DNA of 64,000 nt from assembly GCA_976551045.1 (NCBI GenBank), contig CDPCPM010000281.1, positions 9,610,001-9,674,000 on the forward strand, given 5' to 3'. The position numbers and the translations under genes are program-made. The stretch comes from Glaucostegus cemiculus (taxonomy: Eukaryota). Shown piece by piece: positions 38,950 through 51,199 of this stretch (its first letter is position 1; each line of letters begins with the position of its first letter). The notes under the pieces were generated by a model. It saw only the letters and a program-made list of their open reading frames with translations. It did no database searches and was not told where the DNA came from.

Positions 38950-39812
38950 CTCCTGGACTATCCTTAGTCTCCTCTGACTGTCCATCTGCACACTGTATCA
39001 CCCTGAGAACACAGGCTCCAAGTTATCCCAGCTCTCTTGATGCCTTTGTTTCCTCTGATTTGTCACAATGCTTGTCCATTATCTAGCTCTGGTTGAACAG
39101 AAATCGCCTCCATCGAAATAATAGCAAAAACTCCAATACCTGAAGCTGGCATCTTCATCCCTTTCCCACCAGCTGTCTGAGGCTGAACCAGATGTTAGCA
39201 GCCCTGATGTGATATCTATCCTGAGATTAGCAACGTTACTGAGGTTGCCCATTTCAATCTGTCAATTTACCTTTCCCAGCCGCTGCTTCCACTCATCTCA
39301 CCCTCTTCCATCCCTTCATTACTTGTGCTCTTCTTATTCAAAGGCTGTTCTGGCTTCTCTCCTATCTTGAATTCTCCACAAACTTGAGCTCATCTCAAAC
39401 TGAATGATAGTTGCCTGTTTCCCAAGGTCTCCTCACCTGCTTCCTACTAACCAACAAATGTTCCTGTGCCACTACCAAGATTTTGAACAATACTGATTTT
39501 TGTTCATGGCCTCCACCCACCCTTTCTCGGTCACCTCTTCCCGCCAACTCTGTTGTCTCTGCAATTTCCAATTCTGATCTCTTAATCACTACTAAATTTA
39601 ACACTCTGCTACTGGCCATGCCTCCAGTTTGTAACACACTTCCCAAATTTCTATGCCTCTTCATTTGTCCTTCACCCACTCCTTAAAACCTTTGGTCATC
39701 TTCCCTAATGTCTCCATTTGTAGTCCAACATCAGGTTTTATCTGAGAACACTTCTGTAAACCTTGATAAATTTCAGTACATTTAGGGTGCAATATAAATG
39801 CACGTCATTGTT
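38950..39812 (+). mobile_element. L2 LINE 3' portion, degraded
   Basis: Pyrimidine-rich sense L2 (ctgtctgaggctgaaccaga, aaacttgagctcatctcaaact, ctccttaaaacc) ending gtgcaatataaatgcacgtcattgtt. Confidence 0.75.
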
Positions 39813-39944
39813 AACCTTATTCCCTTTCCCCATGGCATTGCAGTAAATTTATTGGATTAGCATTCAGAGCCCGGACCAATGCACTAAAATTACAGAAGGA
39901 CAGCTGAGGGAATTTAATTTTCAGATATTAAATATATTTAATAT

Positions 39945-40120
39945 CCTGGGGGCAGGTACATTAGGACATTTAAGAAACTCTTAGATAAACACATGAATAT
40001 AGAGAAATGGGGGGCTATGTGGGAGGGAAGGGTTAGTTAGATCTTAGAGCAGGATAAAATGTCGGCACAACATCATGGGCCAAAGGGCCTGTACTGTGCT
40101 GTAATGTCCTATGCTCTATA
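39945..40120 (+). mobile_element. HER1/CR1 3' tail, young
   Basis: acatttaagaaactcttagataaacacatgaa...gtcggcacaacatcatgggccaaagggcctgtactgtgctgtaatgtcctatg. Confidence 0.88.
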
Positions 40121-40204
40121 TTTGGAATAAATAGTCACCATCAGTAATAGCAACCACAAAGCTACTGGATTGTTGTAAAACTCATCAGGCTCACCGATGC
40201 CCTT

Positions 40205-40555
40205 CAGCAGCGCAGTTCATTGAGGTGCTGCCGCACAGCACCAGGGACTGAAGTTCAATCCTGACTTCAGGTGTTGTCCGTGTGGAGTTCGCATGTTCTC
40301 CCTGTGACTTGCATGGGTTTCCTCCAGGTGCTCCAGTTTCCTCCCACATCACCATGTATATTGGCAGGTTAATTGGCCTCTGTAAATTGCCCCTAGTTTG
40401 CAGGTGAGCAACAGAATCCAAGGGGAGATGATGAGAATGTGGGTAAAATTTAAAAAAGAGATTAATATAGGATTAGTGTAAATGGGTGATTGATGGTTGG
40501 TGCAGACTTAGCAGACTGAAAGGGACTGTTTCCATTGCTATTTATTTCCAAGACT
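40205..40555 (+). mobile_element. HE1-type V-SINE
   Basis: gctgccgcacagcaccaggga...gttcaatcc...gtgtggagttcgcatgttctccctgtgacttgcatgggtttcctccaggtgctccagtttcctcccaca. Confidence 0.93.
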
Positions 40556-41099
40556 AAACCTTCCATCATTACCCAGTCTGGCTAGTATACGTCTCCAGTT
40601 GTGGTTGACTCTTCATTTCAACAGCACTTAGAGTTGGACAATAAATACTGACATTGGTCAGCAACATTCACATCCCACGAGAATTTTTTTTAAATAAAGC
40701 TGCTCGTGAGTGTCCTCTTAGTTTGAGAGACTTCAGAGCAAAACCAGCAGCAAAGATGCCCCACCTCAAACACAATCATGAAAGTGTGAGGAGTGACTGT
40801 CACACGGTCGGGGTGTCACATGATCAAATCTCTTGGTATGCCTTCACTCCCAGATGGCACAGTTAAATAATCCTTAAAACTCTGGAAAAGTTGCAGCAAG
40901 TATCAGCGGGACCCAGCGTGGGACGTAACTTATTTGGTGTCTGCAATCTTCAGTCTTTGAGACACGTGCAGTCCTGCACTGGCCCGCAGAGTTATTAAGG
41001 TGCAGACTTTGCATTCATTGTAGGTCCACGCCTTTATTTTACTAGCAATCTCTGTTGCATTTTGAAGCAGGCGGTCAGAAAATGCAAACTATTTCTTTT

Positions 41100-41350
41100 A
41101 AAATCTGTACATCCCATCGCATCAATCTGAGTCAGGCTCACTATAATGACAGAGTGAGGCAGAAGCAATCAATAAAACGCAATTTACTTAGCTGTTAAAC
41201 TGCAGTAAATCTGAAGCCTCCCGTTCCTTAAGCACACCCCTCTCTGTTCCTCCCTCCCGTCTCCCCACCCCTCTTGTATTAGCTCATTGGCTGCAGGTAT
41301 AATCTCCCAGCGGCCACACCCCACCCCTCTGTCATCTGTAAATGCTTTGT
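41100..41350 (+). promoter_or_regulatory. Probable Pol II promoter
   Basis: AP-1 tgagtca at 41128-41134, reverse CCAAT box ctcattggct at 41283-41292, KLF/Sp ggccacacccc at 41312-41322, pyrimidine tract, start of a repeat-poor CpG-richer zone. Confidence 0.5.
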
Positions 41351-42098
41351 TATGGCACGGGTTATTTTTTTTTGAAGTGAGATCACCGTCTCTACGTTTG
41401 ATGGATCTGGTCTAGCCTCCGCAAAGCCTGCAAGAGACTCCAGTCTTTGCGATCTGTAGCAGTGCAAATTAGCTCCAGCCAGCTTTAGGTTCTTAGTACA
41501 GAACAGGATTGGTGTGCGAGTGCTGTTAAGCATGAACAGTTGCAGTTTCAGAGAGGCTTATCATGGGAATTAGGTGTATCCGTGGAGAGGGACAGAGTAA
41601 TCTAATACGAGGTGACCTTTTGTTGGCTCAAATTTGACTTGCTGTTGTGTTATCGGTCAGAGCAATAACAAGCGTTGCCATCTGTGTGGCTGGGGATTAC
41701 TGGGGAAATTGCACACCACTGATCGCATGCTGAAAGGAAGCCGCTGTGTAGACGAGAGAGCCAGGCTGCCTAGAGGGCCACTCAGATGCCTGCTTGCAGT
41801 TTGAAACCAGTTGTCTTCACCATCCATTCGCGGGGGCTCTTGTGTACCAAAGAGGATTTCTGTGCTGTTGCCGGCGTGTCCGACTCCAGCGCCCCCACAG
41901 CACACTTTATCAGTCCACTAGCATAGCTGCTTGAACAACGGGGAAAGAAACAGTTACTTTGGACAGGGGATATTCTTGGAGCCCTGCTCGTTTCTGGATT
42001 TTATATATATGTATGTATGTTAACACACATATACATCATTTCGATTGAGATCTTGGGATGTACAGTGGGATCTGAGACTTGCAGTGCTCTCGTCAGTG
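41350..42098 (+). other. Putative non-coding first exon (5'UTR) of an unidentified gene; start uncertain
   Basis: Strong donor GTG|GTGAGT at 42098/42099 downstream of promoter motifs; no recognisable protein frame; short uORF MYSGI* at 42058-42075. Confidence 0.45.
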
Positions 42099-44700
42099 GT
42101 GAGTCTGACTTCTTACTAAAATCAGTGAATTAAAATAAGAAATAAAAATTGCATGCAAGTTTCGAAAGCAAAGCTTGTTTGGTGGAAACCCACCTCTCCT
42201 GTGTGTTGTCAAGACCCCGTCCGGTGTATTCATAGCGAAAGGCATTGATCAAAGACGCGTTGTGCACTGTCTGAGGAATAACTGTTACTGATCTGTCCCG
42301 AATACTGGGGGGCGGAGGTGGGTGGCTGGCGGGCGGGGGAGGTTAGATCAGCTCCAGGAGTCGCCTTCATCGTTTCTAGCTACATTTTTGGGGGGTGGGG
42401 GGCAATGTATCGTTATTTTAGCAACGAATTCATCCATAAAAGGTCAGCAGATGGTTGTAGAATTGACGAGAAGGTCCGTTTGAAAGGATTTACCGCCGCC
42501 GTAACATTTGTGTACACTTGCCAGTGTTAGCGGTGTCTGTTCAATGCTGTGCATTTAACGGTTGGAGGGGGAAAAATGTGCAGATTTTTCATTGCAAGTG
42601 GAAGAGTTCTATCAAAGAGTAATCTTAACGTCGAACCTCTATACAAGTGCACAGCAAACTACTTTCTCTGAATGAATGAAATTGTTCTTCAGATGAGGTC
42701 TTGCCGTCAGCGACAACTGTGTAACTAGAGTGCAGGGAATGACTTCAGGAACAGAAATTACAACCTGACACCTAATGATTCATTATTTCTGCAATGAATG
42801 GAAGAGAACGGTGAAGAAATTCCTGAAGGCTTTAATCACAGTTCTCGCTAATCGCACTGTGACTCTTCCCATAGAGCCCCGTTGAAATGGAGGGGGGAAA
42901 ATTGTTCGTAATAAAGATGGAGTTTAAAAGATTTACTATGTGGCGGTCAGGGTTAAGCAGCCAGTACAGCGGTACTTCATCATGCAAGAGGCATTGGAGA
43001 TTATCTGCTCTGCTTGGATGCATTATCATAAAAAGTGATTTAAAGCTGATTGATGCAAATGGTCCTGAGTTCCTTTTTTTTATCATTAATGGACTCTTTC
43101 AGTGGCCAGAGGCAGTGATTAAGGCTGTCATTTAGGGGCAGCTCATTAAAGGCAAAACGTGAAACAGTTGGAGGGAGTAGTCGGTTTGCAGCTCGGATAT
43201 TTTAAAGATGAATCCCACCACCTCACGGGTTGCTGAGGGATTAGCATCTGCCAAACAAATTACAGTATGTTTGATGTTTTGAGATTGACACGCTGGACCT
43301 GATCTTATTTTAATGGAGGGGCACAGTAGGGACCGCGAGCTTCCCTGCTGAGCTTAGTGTTGTGGAAGTGTGAAACGGCAGCCGCGCTGAAGGACGCTGC
43401 TGACAGGAATCGGGCCATGATGTTTAATTTCTTGTTGCTGGAAGGGACGGGAGAGGGAAGTACAGCCCTTACTGTAGACTTCTAGCCAAAGCCTCCAACA
43501 CACAAACTGATGCCACCCTTTCCAGTTTTTCTAAGATTTTTTTTTAAAAGAGACTTTTATTACAAAGAATGAAGTGAGCAAATTTTGCTTTAAATACTCC
43601 AACTTTACAGACACAACAAAGTCTTAAATGGACAGTGAATTCGATATTTCAGTCGGCATCCTCTCCTCTTGCCATCTCCCCTTAAATTCTAGTCAGTATG
43701 TATTGAAAGCGGGATTTTTGGTTCTATCTTATTGAAATCGTACTTGATAAATGAACGAATCACTTGTTTAAAAAATGTTCACGAGCCTGGAATGAACAAC
43801 CATCCATTTCTACAGACTGTGTGATATTAATCATACACCATCTGCATAATAGAGGCCGAGCTGTGCGATTATGCATTCAGATATTTGCACAGAGAGTGCT
43901 CGGTGCTATTTCTTAACCCAGTCCCTTTCCCAGTGCTGAATCTCAGTGTGTCCTGACCAGCAGTCGGCTGAGGGGGAGTCTCCAATGCAGAATGCGGGCA
44001 ATGAAAGAAATCTGCTGCAAGGTTTTGAACTCACTACAGATACCAAAGCTAGCGGACTCTTTGAACTGCAAATAACACTACTCTACTGAGACCAATTTCA
44101 TAAAAATTTGAAGCCTGTTTTTATTGGCCATTAAAGCAACCTTTATTTTATAAGGGAATGTTGCAGTAATTGCTTTTTACGAAGAGTACTTTGTAACACA
44201 CATGAGCACTTGAAAGAGAAGCCATTCTGGTGTTGTCTACCGGGATTCAATGGCGCAATTAATTTTGTTCCATCTGTTCTTGGGACTTTAAAGGAAAATG
44301 GATTTTTTTTTTGTTGAGCGTATTTTAATGAAGAAGATAAAGCGTGGCATTGATACCCCACAGGCTTGGTGCAGTAAGTTCAAATTATTGCTTAGTCTGT
44401 CAGGACTGGCTGCTTCCTCCGAGGCTGACATGACAGGCAGCCAGGGTCTGCCCTGAGTGTGCCATTCTCGGTGACAAACAGCCGCTTGGCTTCTGGTAAG
44501 ACGCTATTAAAATGTCATTCTCGAATGACGAAGAGTCCAGGTGGGTCCCTGCTGGACACAAGATGCTTTCAGTTCGAACTGATGCCTCACCGCAGGATTT
44601 TATCGGCACCGCACCATCCTATTGATACTGTTTTCACATCTTATTATCAGGCGGGGGAGGGAGGGGGGAGATCTGCTCTGTTGCTTTATAGTCCATTATC
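41700..44700. promoter_or_regulatory. Weak CpG-island-like region over the putative exon 1 and intron 1
   Basis: CpG dinucleotides are visibly more frequent than in the flanks; GC boxes at 42307-42340. Confidence 0.5.
43020..43160. promoter_or_regulatory. Candidate enhancer with PBX-HOX, octamer and MEIS motifs
   Basis: tgattgat at 43047-43054 overlapping atgcaaat at 43053-43060; ctgtca at 43125-43130; several TAAT/ATTA cores. Confidence 0.35.
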
Positions 44701-47700
44701 CTTAAGCGTAGTGGTTCAAGGATAAAGCTTTATTGCTTTGAAGCTTTGTTCATTCAGCGGCATTGGCTTCTAAGGCAATTCTTTATCCTGCAATCCTTCT
44801 TAATAATAAAGGCTGTTTCATTGGCCGCTTTAAATCACAGTGTGCTACTTGTACTTTAATAACTATTTCCAAAGAGCCATTCAGTTTACCACACACATGT
44901 TATTGAACATGCCACCAGAAATTCAATTTCCCTGGTCAATCCTACTGTAAATTACAGAACAGTTTTCTGCTGAAGGGTCATAACTTTTGATTCTGCCAAT
45001 GCCAACGATTTAATAAGTGATCTGCAACGTTCAATGTAATAATTATTTTTAATTAATCTGTTGGTAATTTACAAAGCACAGGCTGTAATTTGAAGCATTG
45101 TGATATTTAATGTTCATTTATTTTATAGTTAATCAATACATCCAATAATATAACTTTTGTTCATACTGAACTGATTTTGTGTTTTCGTATTGATCACAAA
45201 GCACATTCCCTGTTGAAAGTATTCATATATGTAAGAACTAAACCCACTTCCATTCAGTTCCTAATTCTGAGAGTAAAGATGCATTTTAAATCTATTAATA
45301 CAATTTGAAATGCTTGTGCAGGTCACTGAGTCAAGGATTGAGTTTATACATTGAACATTTGATTCTTGGAAAGGTCTTTAGCTTCTGTTCCGTTATACTT
45401 GAAGGCGAGTTCAGAGCAGTGCCAAATCTGTCTGCACTTCACTCGGACATGCTATTTTGATAAGGCAATGTAAAATTTTCAGTAAAGTGAGTATTTTTCT
45501 CTTTTTTGTGTACTTGTTAGTTCCAGGTTACAATCACGTATTTCAGTGAAGCGTTTAGAATTAAATCTTTTGGCTGTACTTTGTTAAATGGCAGAGCAGC
45601 TTATGGCTTGAAGGTTAATTGGTAATCTATTTAATTATTAGATCTTCGTACTCCTTAATATTTGCTGTCAAAGCACCATACACTGCAATTGGCTGTGACA
45701 AGCTGAACACTTTACTGTGTTGATTTCCTCTGAGTGTGGCGAGGGCATAATAGTGAATGAGTGTGCTTAAATGGGTTTTAAGTGCCTCTCTGCTGGCTTA
45801 TTTGCTCCTTTCCAAGGTGCAAGGTTCAGTGCCCTTGACATGCTGCTGATATGTTAAATATTTATTTGTATCCTCAAGAATCTCACCTCTGCGTACTACT
45901 AAAACAGTGCACCCAAAATTCAGCTCACGATATGGTCTAAACATGTCATATACAGTAACAAACAACATCCTTGAGGCTATTTTGTGAAGTTTATAACCTC
46001 ACTGGTACTTCCAACACATCTGTGAGTTGCATGCAATACCCTATCGTACTCCTTCCTTTGTGCTTTGAAACCCAGGGCATTTCCACTTGCCTTTTAATCT
46101 GCTACTGAGAAAAATGTTCAAGGTGTGCTGTTGCACATAGACTCAGCTACTTATCAGAGTGTTGCTGTAGGGATATGTTGGCAACTCTGTTAAAAGTTTC
46201 TGTAGTTTTCTTTTCCTCATACTGGACTGAAGTAGGACAAAAATTGCATTATATAGTACTGTTATACATTGAGGATGTCCTAAAACGTTTCAGTCAATGG
46301 AAGACCTGATTTAGTGTGTTATATTCAGCCAATTGGTGTGAACAATGATGGAAATTTAATCTTTTTTAGGAAAGGAAAAAGTAAAGAGCTTGTTTAAAAC
46401 ATGACATGATTTGTATTTGATTGTGGAAAAGGTTTTTTCCCCTTTTCTGTGGCAATATACATATTTATTTGAATAGCTTTACTATCCAAAATGGTGATAA
46501 TTGAGGTTGGGACTAGTGTGTGAATGTATTTAATATTCAGCTGTGTATCTTGGCTCATATTCATGTTAAAGCAACACTTATAGAGTGCCATCGATCAGTA
46601 TTACTTGGAATTCTTTCACTCATGCAGAAAACCTTCATATCTCTTGAGAAATGCTGACTCACAATTTTGTCACTCAAAAAAAATATCAACATAATGATGA
46701 TTTTTTTTCATACAAAAGAACTGCAGCAACCTAATGGCTATGAATGCATTGGGAGAGTGAACGATGTGGGCTCGTTAACATTTAACTTCTGCCTGCCTTC
46801 CTCTGTTATATGATGGAATATCAGTTTGCCTCAATTCAATAAGTCGTTTTTATTACTGGTTACAATAAGCTAATAATTCATGACTTTTTTAATCACAGCA
46901 GTGTTTTTCTTCACTGTATCTGTACGCAGGCTCAACAACTTTATGACAATTCCCCTTTCATTCTCCTTACAAGCTTGCCCGATTGTGATGGCATCCTGTG
47001 TAATTCTTGAAATCCAAAGTGCTTCTGAATGGTGCTTTTGCAATACTGAGTTTTTATCTTCACCAGTAAACTTCACCTGGAATCCAGAGAAACGTTTGCT
47101 TCAGTATAGCTCGCTAGTTTGCAGCCATAAATATGTAGGGCAGTGACAGCTGCTGACCATAGTATACACTGAAAATGGTTCTTTTGCCTGTGGCATTATG
47201 CTGTAAACATTAAAACTCGTTGTGTCTGAATATGAAAATCTCTCCCTGCTGTACAAATCTGGATTTTATTTTGACTGAAATTATTTTCCATATTGCCATG
47301 AATATAGTTGGTTTTTTTTCTAACCATTCCACCCCAAAACTGAACCTTGTCTTAACTGTAAAAAGCAATTCAGAATTTGCTGTGCTCTGGTACACTGTTA
47401 GCAAACATGAATTTACATTTACATTTAGGCTTTAAGGGGAAAATCAGGCTGACAATAATCAGAATCCTGCCTCGTTTTCCAAGGTGTGTTGCGCACTATT
47501 TGCCTTATCCCTGGCTTCCCGCAGTGCTAATATGACATTTCAACATTTACAGATCCCAAGACCCCTTAATTAATGCTACCCACCCCTGGTACTTCACTCC
47601 ACCTGGAGCGCCAACATCTCTACACAAAGAGCCCAGTGCCCTTCCCATCTGCAAAAGGGATCCTAAGCCAATAAACCATGAGAGCTGCTCCCTGTGATCT

Positions 47701-48369
47701 GAGCCAAACTCCTCCAAGCTAAGTCTTTGAATATGGAGCTGTAACCAGGCTCCCAGAATTATCCATCAAATCAATTATTGTGCTCCATTCACAATATTAT
47801 CAAGTCCCAGATCCCATCTACTTTATATTGCAATGCAGCAAAATCACACAGTTCCAACTTTCAACAGATGTTTCGTCTATATTTGTTTCTGACCTATGTT
47901 GCTGAACATCTTTAAAGTCGGAGTTTAAGGTAACTAGACGGTAATTGGTACCTTTTAGGACTTTAAGGAAAAAAGCTGAATTTGAAAAATTTTGTATGTT
48001 CTTTACCAAAAACACGATCTCTTATTCAGTCACTTTAAGTTAGTAGCTTTGATACAGTACAATGCGTAATGTGGCGAATGTTCCTTCAATGCCAGAGAGG
48101 ATCTGCAAGTATTAGAAACATTGTTCATAGCTTGCACCATTGCATATTTGCTGTACTCTTGTACTAGTTCTGCTTCACCCAAAAATGAATGTTATATTTA
48201 TCACTAATTTTATTGTAATACATGTTATTGCTTTATTCTAAGATTGAGGATTATGCTAGAACCTATCTTGTACTGATGTTCCCTTAGTAACTACTTGCTT
48301 TAATGTACCGCAGGATAACACGGCAGATAAAAGTTGGATTTGCATGATATTCAGTTTACATAAAGGTCT

Positions 48370-48750
48370 ATGAAAGGTGCTGAGTTCCTCTTTCAGAAAT
48401 TTCAACATAAAAAATCTACACTAACATCCACTATGCAGTACTGAGGGATCACCATTCTGGTGTGGTGTTCTTCAAGTGATATGTTAATCCATGGCCCCAT
48501 TTGTCCTCTGGGCAATCCCATGACATTATTTCAAGAAGGGTAGGGGGATTATCAGTTTCCTACTAAGTAGCATCACAAGAACAAGATTTCTAGTCATTAT
48601 CCCATTGCTGCTTTTTGGGAGCTGACTGTGTTCAAATTAGCCATCACTTTTCCTATGTTATAACAGTAACTGCATCTCAGATTACTTGATTGTAAGGTGC
48701 TTGGGTTGCTTGAGGTGGAAGGAGCTAAATTGCTGCAAGCTCATTTTTTA
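48370..48750 (+). mobile_element. DeuSINE
   Basis: gcagtactgaggga...atcccatgacattatttcaagaag...gtcattatcccattgctg...caaattagcc...ataacagtaactgca. Confidence 0.85.
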
Positions 48751-49814
48751 AAGATTACACATACAATGTTCCCGTCATTTACAAAACAGATCATTTGATT
48801 TAGAAGATAATATAAGTGGAAATACCCTAATAAATACTTTTCTAATATTGTGTAATATTTGTGTTGGGCACACTACAAGAAATGTCTGTAAAGCTGAGAC
48901 AAATCATCACATCATGACATTAAATTCTGTGATGTGTAGCTACCACTCAGTGTTTTAACTACCTACCATCTGTCATGTTCTTCAATAGGTGCTCCAGCAC
49001 AGAAAACAGCTGGCACTGAACCAAGTGCTGATAAACTATCTCCAGACTAGTTCAGCCATTAAGCAATTTTTTTTGGTGTAAATATTTAATAAATGAATCC
49101 CTGTAAAGTCATTAAACTCAATGAGCAAATGGTCTTTTACTGCATTGTAACCATTTTTTAACTGTTGTGATTACAGTGCAGCAGAATTGGACAACAATAG
49201 TAAAAGAAATAGCTGCACTACATATTTCTATGACATATAGTTGGGGAAAATGTCTGAATTTAGAATATTCAGATGGCCTAATCCTGTTTCTATGTTGAGC
49301 TGATATAATTCACAACAGCTTGGATTTTTGGTTTAAACTTGTATTGTGCAAACGTGGAAATGAAAAGAAGTCTGGATTAGATTGATTTAAGAGGCATTTA
49401 TTGTAGAATTAGGTTTTGATGTTTTCAACCCAATTCCTATACACTGGGGAATGTCACCACAGTTACCAACACTACCAATGCAACAAGCAGTGGTGCACTG
49501 ATATTCATGACCCAGTGCCTTTGATTCACCAACCACCAATATCCCCTTCAACTGGACAATGTGCCTTTTGTCGTCTTTGGGATGTGTTGGTCACTGTGGG
49601 AGATGGCAGGAGGAATAGAAATAATCTCAGCTCCGAACAAGGCAACGATCAATTATCTCGGTGTCTGTATGGCTATCATGACATCATTATGCTGCTGATT
49701 GAGGTTTTTTTGTGCGTGTTGCAGCCCATTTTGAATTAAAATAGCATTTTTATATAACTTTGCGGGAGGGTAACTTTAGAAAATAGCAGTGAAGAATATT
49801 TATTTTAATGAAAC

Positions 49815-51010
49815 CGTTCAATCCCCCCCCCCATTTGTCCAAGAGAGAGTGCGACCGAGTGAGTCATTCAAAAGGGTCTTGTTAAAACCAAACCTTTTGC
49901 TGATCCCCACAGCTGCACGCCATCCGTCTTGAACGCGCTCAGCTTCGCGAACCAGCAACAGCTCCTGAACGCAACAACAATAATCAAAAAAGACAGCAGC
50001 TGAGGTGCTGGTTAGCGGCAAATCAGAGCCTAATGAGTTACAAGCAAGGCTTTGAATTTGCAATTCTAGTGCGGGCGAGGAGCGGATTTGTCGCCCTCCC
50101 TCCTTCCCCTTACTTTGGAGACGGGTTCTTGCCTCACACTGGGCAGCAGGTGCGAGTCATCTTCGTCTGCTCAAATGGTTATTAGCTGATGATGAGCGAG
50201 ACAAATCTCCGGTCATCCATCCAACTGCGATGGTTCGGAGGTCATCGAATTCAGGCTTCCCAGGAGAGCAAGAGATTATATAGCTTACCTGCAAGCTGAA
50301 ATTGAAAAGATCTTCAGCAGAGGGGAGTCCTGTCAAACACATCACGCTGAGGCACTTATTGTTATTTTATTGCTCTTTGTTGACAGCCGAGGCAAGGCTG
50401 AAAGGCTTTCATGTTTATTCAGGGGTTGGGGGACGGGTGAAGAAAAACCGCAGGGTTCATTTGAAGGGGTTTGATGCACAGAGTACAGAATCTTCTCTGC
50501 CGCACACATTTTTCCCCCTGGTCCTGAAACAGTAACAGATTTAACTTTGTCTCGCATTTACTGCAAATTTCGTTTTATAGACACCATAAATAATATATAA
50601 AAGCCACATGCAGCCACGGGCTTCATCTGCGCCGTATAGCTGCAGACCCTGTAATAAGTTAAATATGTCAGATTCGGATGCCTGGAGACACAGTCTCACT
50701 GTTGGGCTGCGAGCAACAAACGCGGCACATTGGACATATTTTTTTCAGGCTGCAATTTAATGTTATTAGTCATCTACCTGCCACAGTGTAACGTGGGGAC
50801 GGTGCTGGCTCCGAGTCCTGCAAGGTTAACTCACTCAGTGGGCCGTGGACTCGGTCACATTGTCTTCAGTCCGCACTTAGTGCGTACACCAAGTTACGGA
50901 TAATGTAGCGCCCTGGTGTTTGCGTCGAATTTGAACACGGGGGCTCCCTCCCGCAATCTGACACAAGTCGGTTTGCTGCTACTGCAAACTTGTGCGATTA
51001 AAAACAAGTT
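49815..51010. promoter_or_regulatory. Second CpG-rich region, candidate alternative or antisense promoter
   Basis: Dense CpGs, AP-1 tgagtca near 49860, TATA-like tatataaaa near 50595, minus-strand donor CAG|GTAAGC at 50289/50288, plus-strand acceptor at 50386/50387. Confidence 0.5.
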
Positions 51011-51199
51011 CACCATTGTCCTGGAGATGATGGTTCGGGTCATAAATACACTTTTTTAACGACAAGGTTTTAATTTTAAAAAATTATAATCAGTTATTTG
51101 GGAGCTGATGGTAGTGAGGGTAATGCTGTATTTAGCCGAGTCCCACACTCAGTCCTTCATGTCTGTGGCAATCCTTGAGAGAACTACCTATGGCAATGA

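Larger units (their letters stand above)
39830..40690 (+). mobile_element. tRNA-derived SINE with CR1-type tail, interrupted twice
   Basis: Three colinear pieces at 39830-39945, 40121-40204 and 40556-40690 (ggattgttgtaaaactcatc; ccagtctggct...gtggttgactctt; caataaatactg...cacatccca). Confidence 0.75.

Noticed and set aside
40487-40496. PBX-HOX motif TGATTGATGG
   Set aside because: Lies within an HE1 SINE tail, so it is most simply repeat-derived.
44730-44750. Identification of the hairpin as miR-137 (shares ttattgctt)
   Set aside because: Only the first 9 nt match, and on the wrong arm.
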